In this document: positions 11,694-25,586 of the stretch, piece by piece | How the letters are laid out: every line of letters begins with the position of its first letter | Position numbering within the stretch: position 1 is the first letter of the stretch | Source: Amoebophrya sp. A120 | Lineage: Eukaryota > Protista > Dinoflagellata | Direction of reading: 5' to 3' | Length of the DNA stretch: 64,000 nt | Assembly (NCBI GenBank): GCA_905178155.1 | Contig: CAJINV010000018.1 | Coordinates: 6,479 to 70,478, forward strand | Notes under the pieces: model-generated | The model's database searches: none | What the model saw: the letters and a program-made list of their open reading frames with translations, nothing else | What the model was told of the DNA's origin: nothing | Translations under genes and position numbers: made by a program

Positions 11694-13742
11694 TCAATCA
11701 GACATAGTGGCGCTTCTTCCCCTCTGTAAATTTGCGAGAACCGGGTCTGCTGTGGCTAGGTACTTTTTCCTCTCAACCCCGTCCAATCCGAAGTCTAGTT
11801 GTAACGGCAAAGCAGAATGCTGGTGAAAAAACGTGGGAAGAAAGTCTAGCTCTCGATCACGCAGCCACGCCAGCAGCACCCTTTTATTGTCATTTTCCCT
11901 ATCAGTGATGAACGACATCCGCACGACGCCCAGTTTCTGCAGAAGCAAGATGTTTTTTTCGGAAAAGAGCTGCTGGATTGCGTATCCAGCAATGGCCTGG
12001 TCGACCATGAACCACAGGTCAATCTGCTGGGCGTCGGGCTTGTTGAGCAGAACAAACTTCAAGTCGTCAACAGTATCTTCAAAAACGTCTAGGTCGTAGA
12101 TACCCCAGATGCGGAAACGCCAAGCGGGGGCAGTGGACTCCGCGATGCTGTGCCGCATTCTCGTCAAGACAGTGGGCGTGAGCGTGAGGGTGTGCAAGGA
12201 ATCACAGCTGTTGCTTTTCAGAAATTTGCGTACTTCGTCGACGCCACGTTCTAGCAAGGGTTGCGCGTGTTTTCTTGGGTTCGTGCCAGTATCGCCGACT
12301 GGGACGCCCCATCGAGGTGCTCCCAATATCTTCGAGGGCACCACTTCATCGTCATCATCAGGATGCACCCGTGCCGCGTCGATCACAGCGAGCTCCTGCA
12401 AGCCCCGAAGCTTCGCCAAAGCAGCGCCAATCCCAGCTAAGTTTCCCCCAGCGACGAAGAGTTTCCTCAGTGTCACTGGAACAAGTTCGTTCTGCGCTAG
12501 CGGCTGCCAGACTTCAGCTTCCAGTCGCTCGTCCGCGTTTCCGTTCCAATAAATCTCGAGTTCCTCCAGCTGCGGTGCATTGCGAAAAAATCCTTCTAAA
12601 CCAGTACCGATTGCGTCCCAGACAAAATGCTCGTGCTCCTCACCGTCGGGTTCATACTCCTCACCCATGGCCTCGGAAGCTTCGTTTCGGTGTTTCCCCT
12701 GAGATGCGTGCAGAAAGATTTTGAAACGTTTTACCGCTGGGAAAAGCGACGCGCATGGGTCCGGGCGCTGGGAGTTGATCGCCAAGTAGCTGAAAAACTC
12801 TTTTTGCCTTTCTGCAGGCCAATCTTCGGTCCACTGGGCGACGTCGTCTCTGTCTATGAAAGTGCCCCGGCAATCCAGCTGCAGTGTGTCGACTCCACCG
12901 AGGCTCAAGCAGTCTTGCAAAAGCTCGGGTGCTCCCCACAACATGTGGCTCCCGAGGGTGGTCGCTTCCCAAGGCTGTTTCTGAGCCGTGGCGCCTCTGT
13001 CTGGTACAGCAGCCGCCGTGGCGCCTCTGTCTGGTACAGCAGTCGCATCGATGATTTGAAACTCAAGGCGCTGCGATGCCTGCGGAAGCTGGTCAACGCC
13101 ATCGACTTCCATCGCGTTCTGATATTAGTAAAATACGTTTTTCGATGCATGTCAAAGATCCTTAAGCGTGGCGCATTGGCCTTCTTGGGTGCCATCATCT
13201 TCATAATTTATCCATCTACTGCTCTGCCATGCTGTTTTGATCAGCGAGAGAATATTGTGCGTCAGAACAAACGCATGCCTGATCGGGTCGGGGCACAAGG
13301 ACTATACTGCTTTTACTTTTCTTTGTATCTTGTTTTGCAAATGTAGTGTAACATTCTGAACAAGAAACAGTACCAAGGATCCACCAGTTCCCGTCGCAGG
13401 GACCAGCTCCTGCAGTCGGATTTTGAGCGGATTCTTCTCCGATGATGTGTCGCCCGTTGCGGAAGTTTTGATCTTGTGAAGGGCCACACCAGACCAGTGC
13501 CGCGGTGCAGCAGCTGCGTCTTCCTCTACGAGGTGTTCGTGAATTACTTTCCGCAGGTGCGGCACATACACATCGTCCGTGCCGGGTATTTGGGGAGTTT
13601 TCTCATTCGGCAACTGAACCTCCCTTACTCCACCCGACCTTTTCAAGAGCCGAATCGGAATCGGTCTAGCCACTGTCGTAGCGGGGGGACGAAAAAGGTC
13701 CGTCGTGCTAAGAACGCTGCTGGAGGCGTCATTCGTGCCCAT
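11694..13742 (-). CDS. Family B LRR/RNI-like protein, copy 1 (main exon 13112-11694; probable upstream exon ~13742-13345)
   Basis: 472-aa ORF with LRR-like segments (APQLEELEIYW, TLRKLFVAGGNL, LAKLRGLQELAVID); paralog at 23.7-25.6k; linkage of the upstream exon is inferred. Confidence 0.75.
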
Positions 13743-14349
13743 CGCACCCGGAGAGCATGGGATCAAAGACACAACAAGCCAAGCAATTTGCTCACCGCAT
13801 TTTGATTCATTCAGAAATCTATTTTCCTGAAGGATTTCCTGAAAACTCTCACAGGGAATACATCAAACGAAGTTCCTGTTGCTGTGGTTGCGAATTGTAA
13901 GCTCTTACCTTGTCGACCACTAGTACGAAGAAGTAGTTTGCCGTGGAAAGCCAATTGCGATAAGAGAGGACGAGCGATGGCCAATGGTACTAGTACTCGT
14001 ACCCGCTAGCGCGACGTGCTGTAGGTTAACGCAATTCACTCGTGCATTTAGCTGGCCAAAGTGCCTGATCAAAAACTAGCCGCATCGTGCTATTTCCAGG
14101 AATGATCCCAATGGTTGTAGGAAGGCAAGTTGTTTTTAATTATTTTCTCTGCTCATCGACTTTTTGATGATTTTCCCTTCACCTTGCTGGTGAGGATCAT
14201 CACTATGTCTTCATTCTGGAACCTAATTCAACTCACTCAATCAGAAGCAAACTGCTTCTGCAGACGATCCGAAGTCGCTGTTGGTCACAATATTTGTGCG
14301 ACGAAAAAGTCATCACTTGCTTCGTTGTTGGGGATCGCAGCTACTAGTT

Positions 14350-14510
14350 TGTCGACACAGGGAGGACTCCAGTGGATCTTGCACACTGCTTTCTTGTTTC
14401 AAAGTGAGACTCTGCAGTGGCAGATCGACGCGTCTGCACGAGCGCACTCGCTGTCAGATCCGGCTTTTCAAAAGGAGTGCCTTCTCTATGTTTTTCAAAC
14501 AGGCCGTCTC
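14350..14510. repeat. Dispersed intergenic repeat (copies near 4275, 14350, 17110, 46277, 62733)
   Basis: gtcgacacagggaggactccagtggatcttgcacactgc...gagcgcactcgctgtcagatcc recurs. Confidence 0.85.
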
Positions 14511-14931
14511 GTTCAAAAAACTTTGGCCCGGTGCGGGAGCGCGCAGAAGAACCGCCTCGTGATCAGTAAAAAGGGACTTTATCTACATGGCACACAACTT
14601 CATCGTGGCTGGTGGAGGGGCACAAGAACTCGTAGCGGTCGCTAGTAGGAGCCCCGTTCTGGTCCGACCCGTCTCACGGTGCCACAAGGCACAGCTTCAC
14701 AAGACTTTCGCGTCTCACTTTCGCGTCCACGAATAGGCACAGCTTCACAAAACTTTCAGTGTTCACATACCAGTCTTGGAAGCGTCGTCGACAGCCAACG
14801 CGTGCTCCCAAAAGTGTAAAGTGTTAAGAGAATACTTTGCCTCCGGAAAAGTTTTTGAAAAGCCTTTCGTTAGCCAAGTGCTTCTTTAAGTACGTATACA
14901 ACATCTTGAGTGAGCAGCTTCTGGTTTTGGA

Positions 14932-16398
14932 CTACACCGGCGCTTCACTACCGAAATAGGGCTGCGCTACAACTTTTTCTTGAAATGCGATTTCATCCAC
15001 CCGTAGTGATGCGGCACTTTCTGGCGTGAGCATTTCCATGTCCAAAATTTCCTGCGGAGAAAAGCCGGTCTCGATCACGAAGCGAAAAAAACTGAGTCCG
15101 GCTTCGGTGTCCCAATCGTAGGTGTCATAGTCGCAGGGCTCTACGATGCGGTAAAAACGGCGGGTTTCTTGCAACTCGGCGCGCAGTTGCGTCTGTGCAT
15201 CCTCATCGTCGTACGGCTTACCCGCCTCTGCAGCAGACATGGAACGTCGAAAAACCCACACCTTGAGCGGACGGTCTGTCAGGAGATTCCGGAAACCTTG
15301 CATCTGGGGATCGCGTCCTTTGTACTCGTACTCGCGACAGTCGAGGAATTCCAGCATTTGGCCGAATTTTGCCACCACCTGCAGTCCCTGGAAAACACCA
15401 ATGTGGTCGACAGTTGCGCTTTGAAGTTGAGGCCCGGGCCTCGTGATAAGCATCGCTTTCAACATTTCCCGACTCCAATAAAGCTTCGTGTGGAGAAGAT
15501 CCAGCAAAACAGGCGGAAGGGGATTTTCACTACCCGCACCCGTGATGATGAAACTAAACTCGTAGTTGACAACTGGCGCGACAATGTAGCCGGACTGACC
15601 GGCCGCAATTACATTATCGCAGATGCGAACCTCATCTTGCGACTGTTCGCTTATTCCCCCGAGAAGTAGCCGGAGAACATCCTCTGGCGGTTCTTCTTCG
15701 TCTAAAGTGACTGCTTGTACCTCACCATCCATGGTGATTTCATCACCTTCGAGCGAAAGAGGCATGCCCAGAAGCAACTGCGGTGAACTGCCTGAAATGA
15801 AAATGCCAGTTCTGTCCACAAATCCATTGTGCCAGAACTGCAAACACATGTACGGGTCAGCTGATGGCGTTCCGTCGGGAAGCTGCAATTGCGTGTGCAC
15901 CATCCTGACCTGATTGATTGCACACTCCGACGCGCTGCCCTGGCTCTCGCCGCGCTTCATAGAAAAACAGCGGTTCCGTAGCCGATCACACAAGGTCTCG
16001 TCGCTGATATCCATTCCAGTTTCCGGACAATAGGCGCGTAGGCAACACCAGGACTTCCCACCGTCGTCTGGCTTCGCTTCGCAGACCAAATGCACGTCCA
16101 CTGTGCCCGCTGTCGTGGATAGATCATTTGATTGCCGCGATTCTGCACTTAATCAAGTAAGCCTGCTTTCCTGCTGAACCTGAATAGCAAAAACTCTCTA
16201 CTTATGCAAGAGAGACAACTCCATTTGCTAAGTCAAAAGAACAAACACTTACTTACACAAACCTCCTCCTTCGAGTCCCGCGGCAGCGGCACCTCTGCGA
16301 AGAAGATTTTGGGTTCCGGAATATGAGCCCGCACCCTCGCGGGCGGTATTTCGCAAAGCAGGCAACCTGCAGCGCATGTTTCCGAGTCCTTCCCTCAT
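14932..16398 (-). CDS. Unknown family A protein, copy 2 (GT-AG intron 16143-16262)
   Basis: 389-aa ORF highly similar to 4827-6041; splicing gga g|gt...cag|aa is in frame. Confidence 0.8.
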
Positions 16399-16989
16399 CG
16401 CGGGCTGTAAGCTTTCTAACTTCACCGCATGAAGCTCTTGCAGCTGTTACACACTGTACGGCTTCTTCTCGTCGAGCACTAGTACGAAGACACAGCACAC
16501 CATGAAAAGACAGTTGCAAAACGGGAGGGGAAGCCATGACAGCTGGTACTACTTACTCATACACACTTACGCGGCGTGCTGTACGGTAAAACGATTCATC
16601 GTTGCACTTATCCGATAAAAATGCTTCTCAAAAACTGTTTGTCTTGTGCTATTGCCACGAATGACACAAATGGCCCTTTGATCCTTGTTTTCTTCCTGTG
16701 CCCGGACATGGCGTCAAAGGTTCAAGGCTCTAAACGCGATCCAATTCTTCGCTTTTGTTCTCGATTTTCTTCTGATTCTGAACTTCAGAATCTAATTTTT
16801 CAGAACTGGCCAAAATACGCTCACCCTCTATGCTATCAGTCAGTATTATTTGCTAATATGCTATGCGTTCATTCTGGAGCCCAATCACACTTTATCCGAA
16901 GGAGATTTCCTGTGCAGAAGATGGATCCGAAGTCGTTGCAGATCGCCATATTTGTGCGATGATGTTTGGCTAAGCAACCCAGGTCGCAC

Positions 16990-18330
16990 ACGAGGAAAAA
17001 CAGTGCTCAGGCAACATTCGTAGTTGTACGATTTCCAACTGCTCCTCTCCATCCAGAAAGTCAGCACTTGCACTTCCGGCATGCCTGGGGGATCGCAATT
17101 ACTAGTTGGTCGACACAGGGAGGACTCCAGTGGATCTTACACACTGCTTTCTCGTTTCAAAATGAGACCCTGCAGCGGCAGATCGACACGTCTGTACGAG
17201 CGCACCCGCTGTCAGATCCGGCTTTCCAAAAGGAGTGCCTTCTTTATGTTTTTCGAACAGGCCGTCTCAAGCAGGAGGCGGCATGATAGGCGTGTGCTGT
17301 TGTCTTTGATTCTTCTCGTTCAAAAAAAATGAGCGAAGCCACGTCGACAATCGACGCTTGCTCTGCATATTTCATTCTAAATTCTCGGTCAAAAGCTACT
17401 GGGTTGTAAATCATTGGGATAAATCAAAAGGTTAAAGGTGCTTGCCGATAAGACGTAGTGAGTTCTCCTCTATTTTTGTCAAGAGGAAAAGAAGTTCCGA
17501 GGAACGTTCGCTCACCTTCTTTTAGAAAGAAAAAAATGCTTAGATCTCCTTGCCGAAATATCGAAATAAGACTGGCACTCGGGTGTTGTGAGTCTAGGAA
17601 AAAATAGATGTTTTGTGGGTAGTAGCACATGGCGTTCGACAAAATCACGTAGCTTTGAATGCCTCAGTAGATTTCCTGCACCCCGTTCTGAAAGCTGGCA
17701 CAGTCACTTCGAAGATTTTGGGCATCTTCCGGCTTCAGCATGTTCAGCGCAAGAACTTCGTCTGGCGAAAAACCCGTTTCAATGATTGCGCGGAAAACTG
17801 CAGGCCATCCTAGCTCCACTGTTCGGTAAAACTTATCAGCGGCTTGCAACCGCGCACGAATTTCCGTTTGCTGTTCCTCATCGTCGAAGGGAGCCTCTTC
17901 TTCTGCAGCCGCGAGGGGGCGCTGAAACATCCATACTTTTATCGGTCTGTCTGTGACAAACATTTCCGCGCGGTCGTCTTGAAGCCCCCTGCCGGTGTTA
18001 AAGTACTGATCACAATACAGATACTCTAGTCCAGTTCCGTAATTCTCGTCTTTGCGGATTCCCCTGAACACGCCGTGTTTGGTCCTATCGGCATGTGGAC
18101 GAAGCTGCAGCGCCGGTGTGTACAGCGCTTTAAGCATGTCATCGCTCCACAAGTCGTGGGTCAGCAAATCCAGACCGCGAGTATCGACCTCGCCCTCCCC
18201 CGGAAAAACCAATTTGAAGCCGTAGTTGCAAATGGGGATGACAAGAAATCCGCCCTGCCCACCGGCGTCGATTCTGCTATCACACAGGGAACTAGTCGCG
18301 AAAGATTCATGGCTCCCTTCGTCGTCCAGT
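16990..18330. repeat. Segmental duplication with ~62620-64000
   Basis: Family A gene 3' half and downstream intergenic DNA are colinear. Confidence 0.85.
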
Positions 18331-19092
18331 TCCTCTCGAAGCACATCCTCCGGATTGGGTCCTTCCGCATTCTCCAAGGCGACGTCATGGCAACCCTCTT
18401 CTCCTGTGATTTCGTCGTCAGCCAGCGTAAGCGGCATGCCTAGAACAAGTTGCTGCGGGTAGAACTGCAAACACAGGTATCCACCTGGCGAGCCGCCGTC
18501 AACGCAATGGCTCATCTGCTGCATGCAGACGTGATTTATCGCAAATGGTGTTCCCTTGGGGTCCTTGTCAGCACAAAACCGCCGGTTCCGCAGGCGATCG
18601 CATAATGCATGCTCACTGATGTCTCGTCCTGTCTCAGGGCAGTATGCCCGAAGGCGACACGACGACAGCACTTGGTCGCCGACTTCTTCCGTTCTCTTTT
18701 CGCAAACGAGGTCTACCTCCACTGTTTCCGCTCCGCCGGAAACAACGACCATGGCGGTATCGGCGTCACCTGTGCAAAAATCACTATGCCAATTCCAGTA
18801 CCAGAGTGAGATTGATCAGAAATTTTCGTTGGAAAAACAGTTGGGTGCTTTATTTTCGCGGAAAAAAGTTTCCAACTTCGATGCCCAACCTGAATCAAGA
18901 ATGCCCTTTGTGATTACATCGCTGTCAGGTACTTGGAAAAAACTATAATTTAGAACCTCCATCATTTTCGTGCGCTGCGGTCTCATTCCTGCCAAGAAAC
19001 TGTTGAGGCCAAGACGCTTGCTGCGTGCTCCCGTCCCTGGTGGTCCGCAGAACAGGGAGTTGACACCGCATGGAAACCCAATGGGCCATCAT
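17664..19092 (-). CDS. Unknown family A protein, copy 3 (divergent subtype)
   Basis: 362-aa ORF 17664-18752 with family motifs; upstream exon MRCQLPVLR; 5' end uncertain. Confidence 0.75.
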
Positions 19093-19819
19093 CGGTGTTC
19101 CCGGATCGGCGCCGCCCGACAGCCTGCGACAGGCAGAGAGACTCCTTTTACAGCAACTGTTCACGCACTCACCATGGTGGTGGACTAGACTTCGGGGCTC
19201 TAGCTAGAGCGACTCGTCTCTCGAAATATCTACCAAAAATGCTTGTAAGAGACTGGTCGTCTTGTTGTGCTTTTGCCAAGGATACCAAAAGATCGCGTGA
19301 AGACTTTTTGTTTTTTGAATTTTTCCGCCCTTGACCTTCTGGCCCGTTTTTCATCTTCGTGGTGCTGATCATCGCGATCCTTTTTTTCTGGAACCGAAGT
19401 ACGAGTATTTTGTTTCCAAATATGTTTTTGCGAGTTCGGTCTGGTGTGAGAATCCTTGCAAAATGAGCACTCAGAGCGTCCCTGATCTTGGTGACACATC
19501 TTTCCGTCTTACAGAAAAAACAACCGTCACCGAATTAGGTCGACGCGCCTTGATTCTAGCCTCCAGATAGGACAATAAGATCTCGGCCCCGTACTCGAGT
19601 GCACGGGGCGACTGGTGATCGGTAAAGAACTACGACTCTATCTACTTACTTCGCACACAACTTCAGTCGCGGCTGGTAGACGGGCACAACTCGCAGCCAT
19701 CGCTAGTAGTAGCCAAGCTTTCGGCCGACAAATCTCAGGCTGCTAAAATTGCACCCGCATGCAAGCATAGGGCCTTAGAGTTTCGTTGTCCATAAAGCAT
19801 TTCACCAGTGGCATCATTC

Positions 19820-22290
19820 CTAGATGTCCTCGACCTCTGAAAACCCTCGATCCGGCCCGATCTTTCGTCGCATCGGGGAAGACGCAGGGTCCACCAGCAG
19901 CTTCGCCGCCAGATCGGGGCTCGCCGCCCATGCCGATGTTGTCACAGGCGTGTCTCCACCGAAGAGGTCCAGCTTCAACGGCAGTGTGTGCGACGATCCA
20001 ATCTCATCGCACAGGCGCTGCGCTGCAGTGACGGCAGCCTCACCTTGCCATGGCAGCGGCGCTTCCGACCAGGTCGTGTATTCGGCTCCGCTTTGCAAAG
20101 CCAGCGTCTTTGTGGCGGAGAATCGAGCGACTCCTATCTTCTCCAACATTGGAAGGCTTTCGGTTCGCAGAAAATGCTTCATCAGGGTGGCATCTGCGTG
20201 TTTTATCCCAATCAAAGAAATCCCCATCCATCACCACAACAAATCAAGTTTGAAAAGTCAGTATTTGCTGGGAAATTTGTCTCAAATAAGTAATACCAGA
20301 CAAACCTTTTATTTAACGAACCCGCATCTACCAATGCACAAATATTGATGTTGAAGCGTGTCAGCGCCAGTAAAGACGAAGTCGACTGAGTTCCCTGTAT
20401 GCTTGACGGCGGATAAAGTAATGCTTGTTTAAGTAAGTGCTGGATGGGGAGATTTTGGCCATGATACCGTTCGCGAAGCCGCCAAACATAAACCATACGT
20501 CGAAAAGGGCGTGATCGTCACTGGGTGCTCTCTTGTTCTCGAGAACATGTTTCAAATCCAGCAAAACCTGCTGGTATACGGTCATGCCCGGCTTCTCAGC
20601 GGTGCGCGCGTCTTTTGTCTTGTGTTCCTTGTAGTACTGCTCGCCTGCGTCGCGGTGCTGCAGCGAAGACGTCACGACATACTGTTGCCGGTCCTCGAAA
20701 ATGCCCCAGATTCTGATGCGGTAAATTGGTGCTGCGGAGGCGGCAATGGCGTCGCGCAAGGAATGCAGTACGGCCGGGGTTACGGTCAGCGTTTGCAAGT
20801 TGGTGGGCCGCACCATCGGCCAGAAAAGCAACTTCCTCACCCTATTTACAAACGGTATCTTTGATAGACCTCCTGCCCTCTGCCCATTTCCTGCCCTCTT
20901 CATATTTATACGAAATTTATCATAAAAGTCAGAAAAGGCAGAGCCTCCTCTTGAAGCAAATCTGCAAAGGAATCTGCACCATGGCGAAAGTAACCAAGGT
21001 CTATCGTCGTGCACAAGATGCTGAGAAGCAAGATTAGAGCCTGATAGCGCGCAGGCAATTTTCTGCGAATGTGGCTAGGAAAGCGTTCATCTGAATAACA
21101 GTGCGCAAAAAGTCCTGGATCGCAGCTAGAGCCTCGTCGCCGAGTGGTGCGACGTAATGGTTGTCGGAGTGGATGCAGTTGTGCGCGCCGGACGGAGCAA
21201 AGTTGTACTGTTCTGCGCCCAACCGTTGTTGCGAGCTATGGAGCGGAAAAAGCTGCGCCATTCCTCCGTCGTGTTGCGCGGCCGAGCGGGAGCACTCTCT
21301 GCGCTGCATTTACCCTTGTTGGGCCCCGAGGATTGCCTAGCAGAGAAGGTTGCGTGGGAACGCCACTTCTTCTCGAAAGGTAATGCACTTTCTCGGTCTT
21401 GCATCAGACGCATCGCTATGCAAACGCATTCATCTTTTCACTTACCTGAGATTTCCTTAGTCGACACTCAGACGAGCTTCTCGCGTGGCAGGCTCTATCA
21501 CGAAAGGGGGCGCAGCATATTTTTCAGTAACCCTAGGTGACCTCATTCGTCCAATCGAACACCCGCAGCTCTTCCAAACGCGGAAACTTAGGCAACGCCG
21601 TTCCAAGTCCTCCCTGGTTGCCGCCGACGACAGAAAGAAACTTCAGCGTCTCTGCCACATGCGCATTCATGGACAGCGGGTTCCACACAAAATCGCGGAT
21701 CGAGCCTTCCTCGTTCCCACCGAAAAAAACTTCCAAGCTCTCCAACGCCGATGCGTGCTGAAAAAACTCGGTCAAGTGGGATTTCATGATCTCCTCGTCG
21801 AAGCAATCCTGCTCTGGTCTGTCGTGGAAGTCCTCCTGCATCAGCAGAAGTTGCAAACGTCGGAGCGACCGGACTTCTCCCGCCCTAGAGGGGGGCGGCA
21901 GCTTTGCATTCTGTGCAAGTGCCTCAAAAAAGCTCTGCTGGTCCGCTGCGTCGATGCTCTCCCATCTCTCACAGGTCGTGCCACGGAGGTCCAACTTCAC
22001 GCTTTCTGCGGCGCCACTGATGAGATCACTCAGCAAGGACTTAAAATCGAAGTCTCTTGTTTCTTTTTCCAGGATGACCCTGCCGATCGGAGGCGACACA
22101 TAGTTGAAGTCCATTCTCACAGCTGCCACCAGAAAAGACAAATCGTGCTCAACGATGCGTGGCGCACGTGTTCGGACTACAGGGCTTTGCGGTTCGTCTT
22201 CCAAGAAACAGACGGACCAATAGGCACTGTGTCCCGGTTTCTCGGAAAATTCAGGGTCAGATTCAGGAAAATTTGGGCAGGCCACGCCAT
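19820..22290 (-). CDS. Family B LRR/RNI-like protein, copy 2 (multi-exon subtype)
   Basis: ORF pieces 21533-22285, 21034-21309, 20361-21014 and 19820-20227 carry family motifs (TLKFLSVVGGNQ, LTVTPAVL, RIRIWG, FDVWFM); canonical donor caggtaag near 21445. Confidence 0.7.
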
Positions 22291-23707
22291 TTTTCTTTTA
22301 CGCACATATTACCAACAGATAGCGAAAATTGGAAAGGACAGAAAATTCACAATATTGAGCGCTAGTGTAAATAATCGAGAAGTCGAAAAATACGGACCCG
22401 CAGAAAAGTACTTGGTATTTTGCGTTAATTCCATGTGTGTGTCCCGAGGTGGATTGTTATGTGGAACGGGGGTCAATGTGACGGCAGGGCAACTTAGAAA
22501 GGCTCGGTACGTGGCGCTGCTCCCCGCCTCCACAAGCCTTGAATAAAAAAACGCGACGGGGGAATAATGCGACTTGCTGGCAGATGCTCGATGAGACTGA
22601 AACTAAAGATGAGACCTAAGTTCATACAATAATCAAAGTCATGATCACTATTCCCAGTCACACAGAACAAGCTCTGCCGAAATCTAATGGAACTATAGAA
22701 TCTAGGAGCCCGGTTCTTCCACGGAGAAAGGAATACAAAAATATTTCAACAAGTATTTTTTCGCGACTAGTTCGATCCGAAGCGAGAATCCTTGCAGAAT
22801 GATCATTCAGAGCGTCCCTGATCTTGCTTCGACATGTTTCTTGGTGACGCATAGCTCTGTTCCACACAAAAAAAAACCATCACCGATTTAGATTGACTCG
22901 ACTTGACTTTCAACTCCAGATGGTTTGGGACGATAAGATCTCGGCGTCGTGCTTGAGTGCTCGACTTCGCACACAACTTTAGTCGCGGCCGGTCGACTAG
23001 CACAGCTAGTAGGTAACAAGTTTTCGGCCGACAAATCTCAGGCTGCCAAAATTGCCCTCGCATCCAAGAATAGGTCCTTCGAGTTTCATTGTCCAAATTC
23101 CACTTTTGGAAGCGTTGTCGACAGGCAACGCATGCTTCCGAAAGCGCAAAGAGATCAAGGATTGTTTCTTTTCTTGAAACATTTGTTCGGAGAAGTCGCA
23201 ATATCTAATATCTCGGGAAGTTGATGACTTTCGGCTGTGGGTATCTATCCGCGGGAAAAAAAGACAATAAGCAAAATTCAAAAACGGCCATTTAGGTAAA
23301 GCAGGTGGGTATGTAGTTCTGCTTCAAAGTAGTACCAAACGCCTGTTCACAAGCGGTACGATGTGTGCACGTCGGGCAAGCGCACAAATCTCTCTATCGC
23401 CATCCGTCACCAACCATAATGGACAAGATGCGACGCGGGAAAGGGCTCACACTCCGTTTGTTCCACGAAGCGGCACTATGGAACAAGAGAAATTTGCACC
23501 ACCGTCAGCTTCTCTTATGCCCTATGCCTGTTCATTTTCACCATCATCATGACATCGTCATCAAGATATGTTGACTCGGAACTGATACAGCATGCAAGTC
23601 CAGCCGCAAGCTCGTCGAGGAGCCACGCATCGCCACACAAGATAATTGTCTTCTTCCCAGAGTCAGAAACTATGGCAAAAGGGTGTGACGAGAAATCGGA
23701 AGGCTAA

Positions 23708-25586
23708 TCATGCAAAGGCACGCTGATCAAGGTCTGTTTTCTTGTTTTTTTTTAACTGCGCGAGGATCGGATCTACCTGAGCCAGGTACTTTCGTTTGTC
23801 GTCCTCATCGTCCTGCAGGTCGAGTCGAAAAGGTAGATCTGCATGCTCGCGAAAGAACTCGACGAGAAATTCTAGTGTTTTGTACGTATCCAACCAGTCG
23901 GTTTGAAGTTTGTTTAATTTGTCATCCGGAAAGGAAAACCGCACGACGCCGAGTTTCTGTAGGAGCGGGATGTTCTTTTCGGTAAAAAATGCTTGCATCA
24001 ATTCCACGTACAGCACGAGGTTCTGGTCGACCATGAACCAGAGGTCGATTCCCTGGGCATCGGGTTTATTCAACAGAATGAACTTCAAATCTTCGACGGC
24101 CTGCTGGAAAACATCGGCGTCATGAACACCCCAGATGCGGAACCGCTGGATAGGGGCCGTGGACTCCGCAATATCATCGCGCATTCTGGCCAAGACCGCC
24201 GGAGTGAGCGTGAGAGTGCTCAAAGACTTGCTGCTGTCGGTTTTCAGATATTCACGTATTTCGTCGAGCCCCTCATCGATCAATGGTTGCGCGTAAGCGT
24301 CTGGTGACTTGCTAGTCAATCCGTTTCGGATTTCCCAGCGAGGTGCCTGGAGAGTTTCCTCGTCAGACTCAGCGTCGACCACGACAAGGTCCTGCAAGCC
24401 TCGAAGCTTCATCAAAGCACCACCAATGCCCCGTAAATTTCCGCCGACGACGAAGAGTTTCTTCAGCGTGGCTGCAGCGTGGTCGTTCTGGGCTAACGGC
24501 TGCCACACTAACGCTTCGAGGGTCTGCCCCGTCTTTCCATTCCAATAAACTTCGAGCTCCTCCAGCTGCGGAGCATGCCGAAAGAATTCTCCGAAGCCGT
24601 TCTGGATTGCGTCCTCATTAAAATGCTCGTGGGCATCGGCACCGTCCTCGGAGGCGTGGAGGAAGATTGCAAAACGCTTTACCGCGGCAAAAAGCAGCGC
24701 GCACGGGTTCGGGCGTTTGGAGTTGGCCGCCAGGAAGCCGAAGAACTTCTTTTGCTTTTCTGCTGGCCATTCGTCAGTCCATTGAGCTTTTGTATTTTTG
24801 TCCATGAAAGTGCCACGACATTCCAGTTTTAGATTTTCGATTTCGCCCAAACTGAGGCAATCCCGAAAATACGACGGGTTTCTAAACAGCAGGTATTTTC
24901 CAAGGGGTAAAATCTCCCATGGTGGTTCTTTTAGTGTCGGGCTATCGCTGGGCCCAGAAATGGCATCGCTGACTTCGAATTGCAACCGCCCGGAGCCATG
25001 CTGAGATCCTTCACCCCCAATGACGTCCATTGCATCCTGATATTTGAATGTTTTGTCTCGTCGTGCTTTTCTGAGAATTTGCTGTGATATACATTGACGC
25101 ACGAATGCAAGGTGATAATTTCGTTGGGGTGGTACGAGAGCACATTTCTTTGCATTATCAACGTGATTCGACGCCTCGCCCACCATATCTGCACTTCGAG
25201 CGATGTACAATAACTAAGTAATCAATGGCATGTGGGTCAAGATTTACACACGAATCCTTTGTACCGAGATATCGGCGGCTCCTGCCGCAGGGATTAACTC
25301 CCGAAATTTGATCGTCAGCGGATTGCGCTCCAGTACTGCGTCTTCTCCCGTCGCCGAACTCACGACTCTGTCCAGGCTGACACAAGACCAGTGCCACGGT
25401 GCAGACGTTGCGTCTTCTTGCTTCAGCTGATCGTGGATCACTTTTCGCAGGTGCGGCACGTAAACTTCATCAGTGCCAGGACGTAGGGGAATGTTGTGTT
25501 TGTCCACCAGAACCTCTCGGACCTCCCCTGACCTCCTCAAGAGGGAAATCGGAACCGGGGCGGCTCCAGGGCCGGCGCGCATCATT
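23708..25586 (-). CDS. Family B LRR/RNI-like protein, copy 3 (main ORF 23708-25210; upstream exon ~25244-25586)
   Basis: 500-aa ORF clearly homologous to 11694-13112; upstream exon shares VYVPHLRKVIH with 13302-13772. Confidence 0.8.

Noticed and set aside
12985-13046. 30-bp in-frame tandem duplication (also 33-bp repeats at ~42975-43070)
   Set aside because: Ordinary slippage within coding sequence
14130-14645. Plus-strand ORF STQGGLQWILHTAF in the dispersed repeat
   Set aside because: Starts and stops differ among copies and the 4.3k copy has a stop; treated as non-coding
21485-22546. 353-aa plus-strand ORFs (also 29202-30263, 12627-13346, 47329-48216)
   Set aside because: Antisense shadows of minus-strand genes; paralog conservation follows the minus frame
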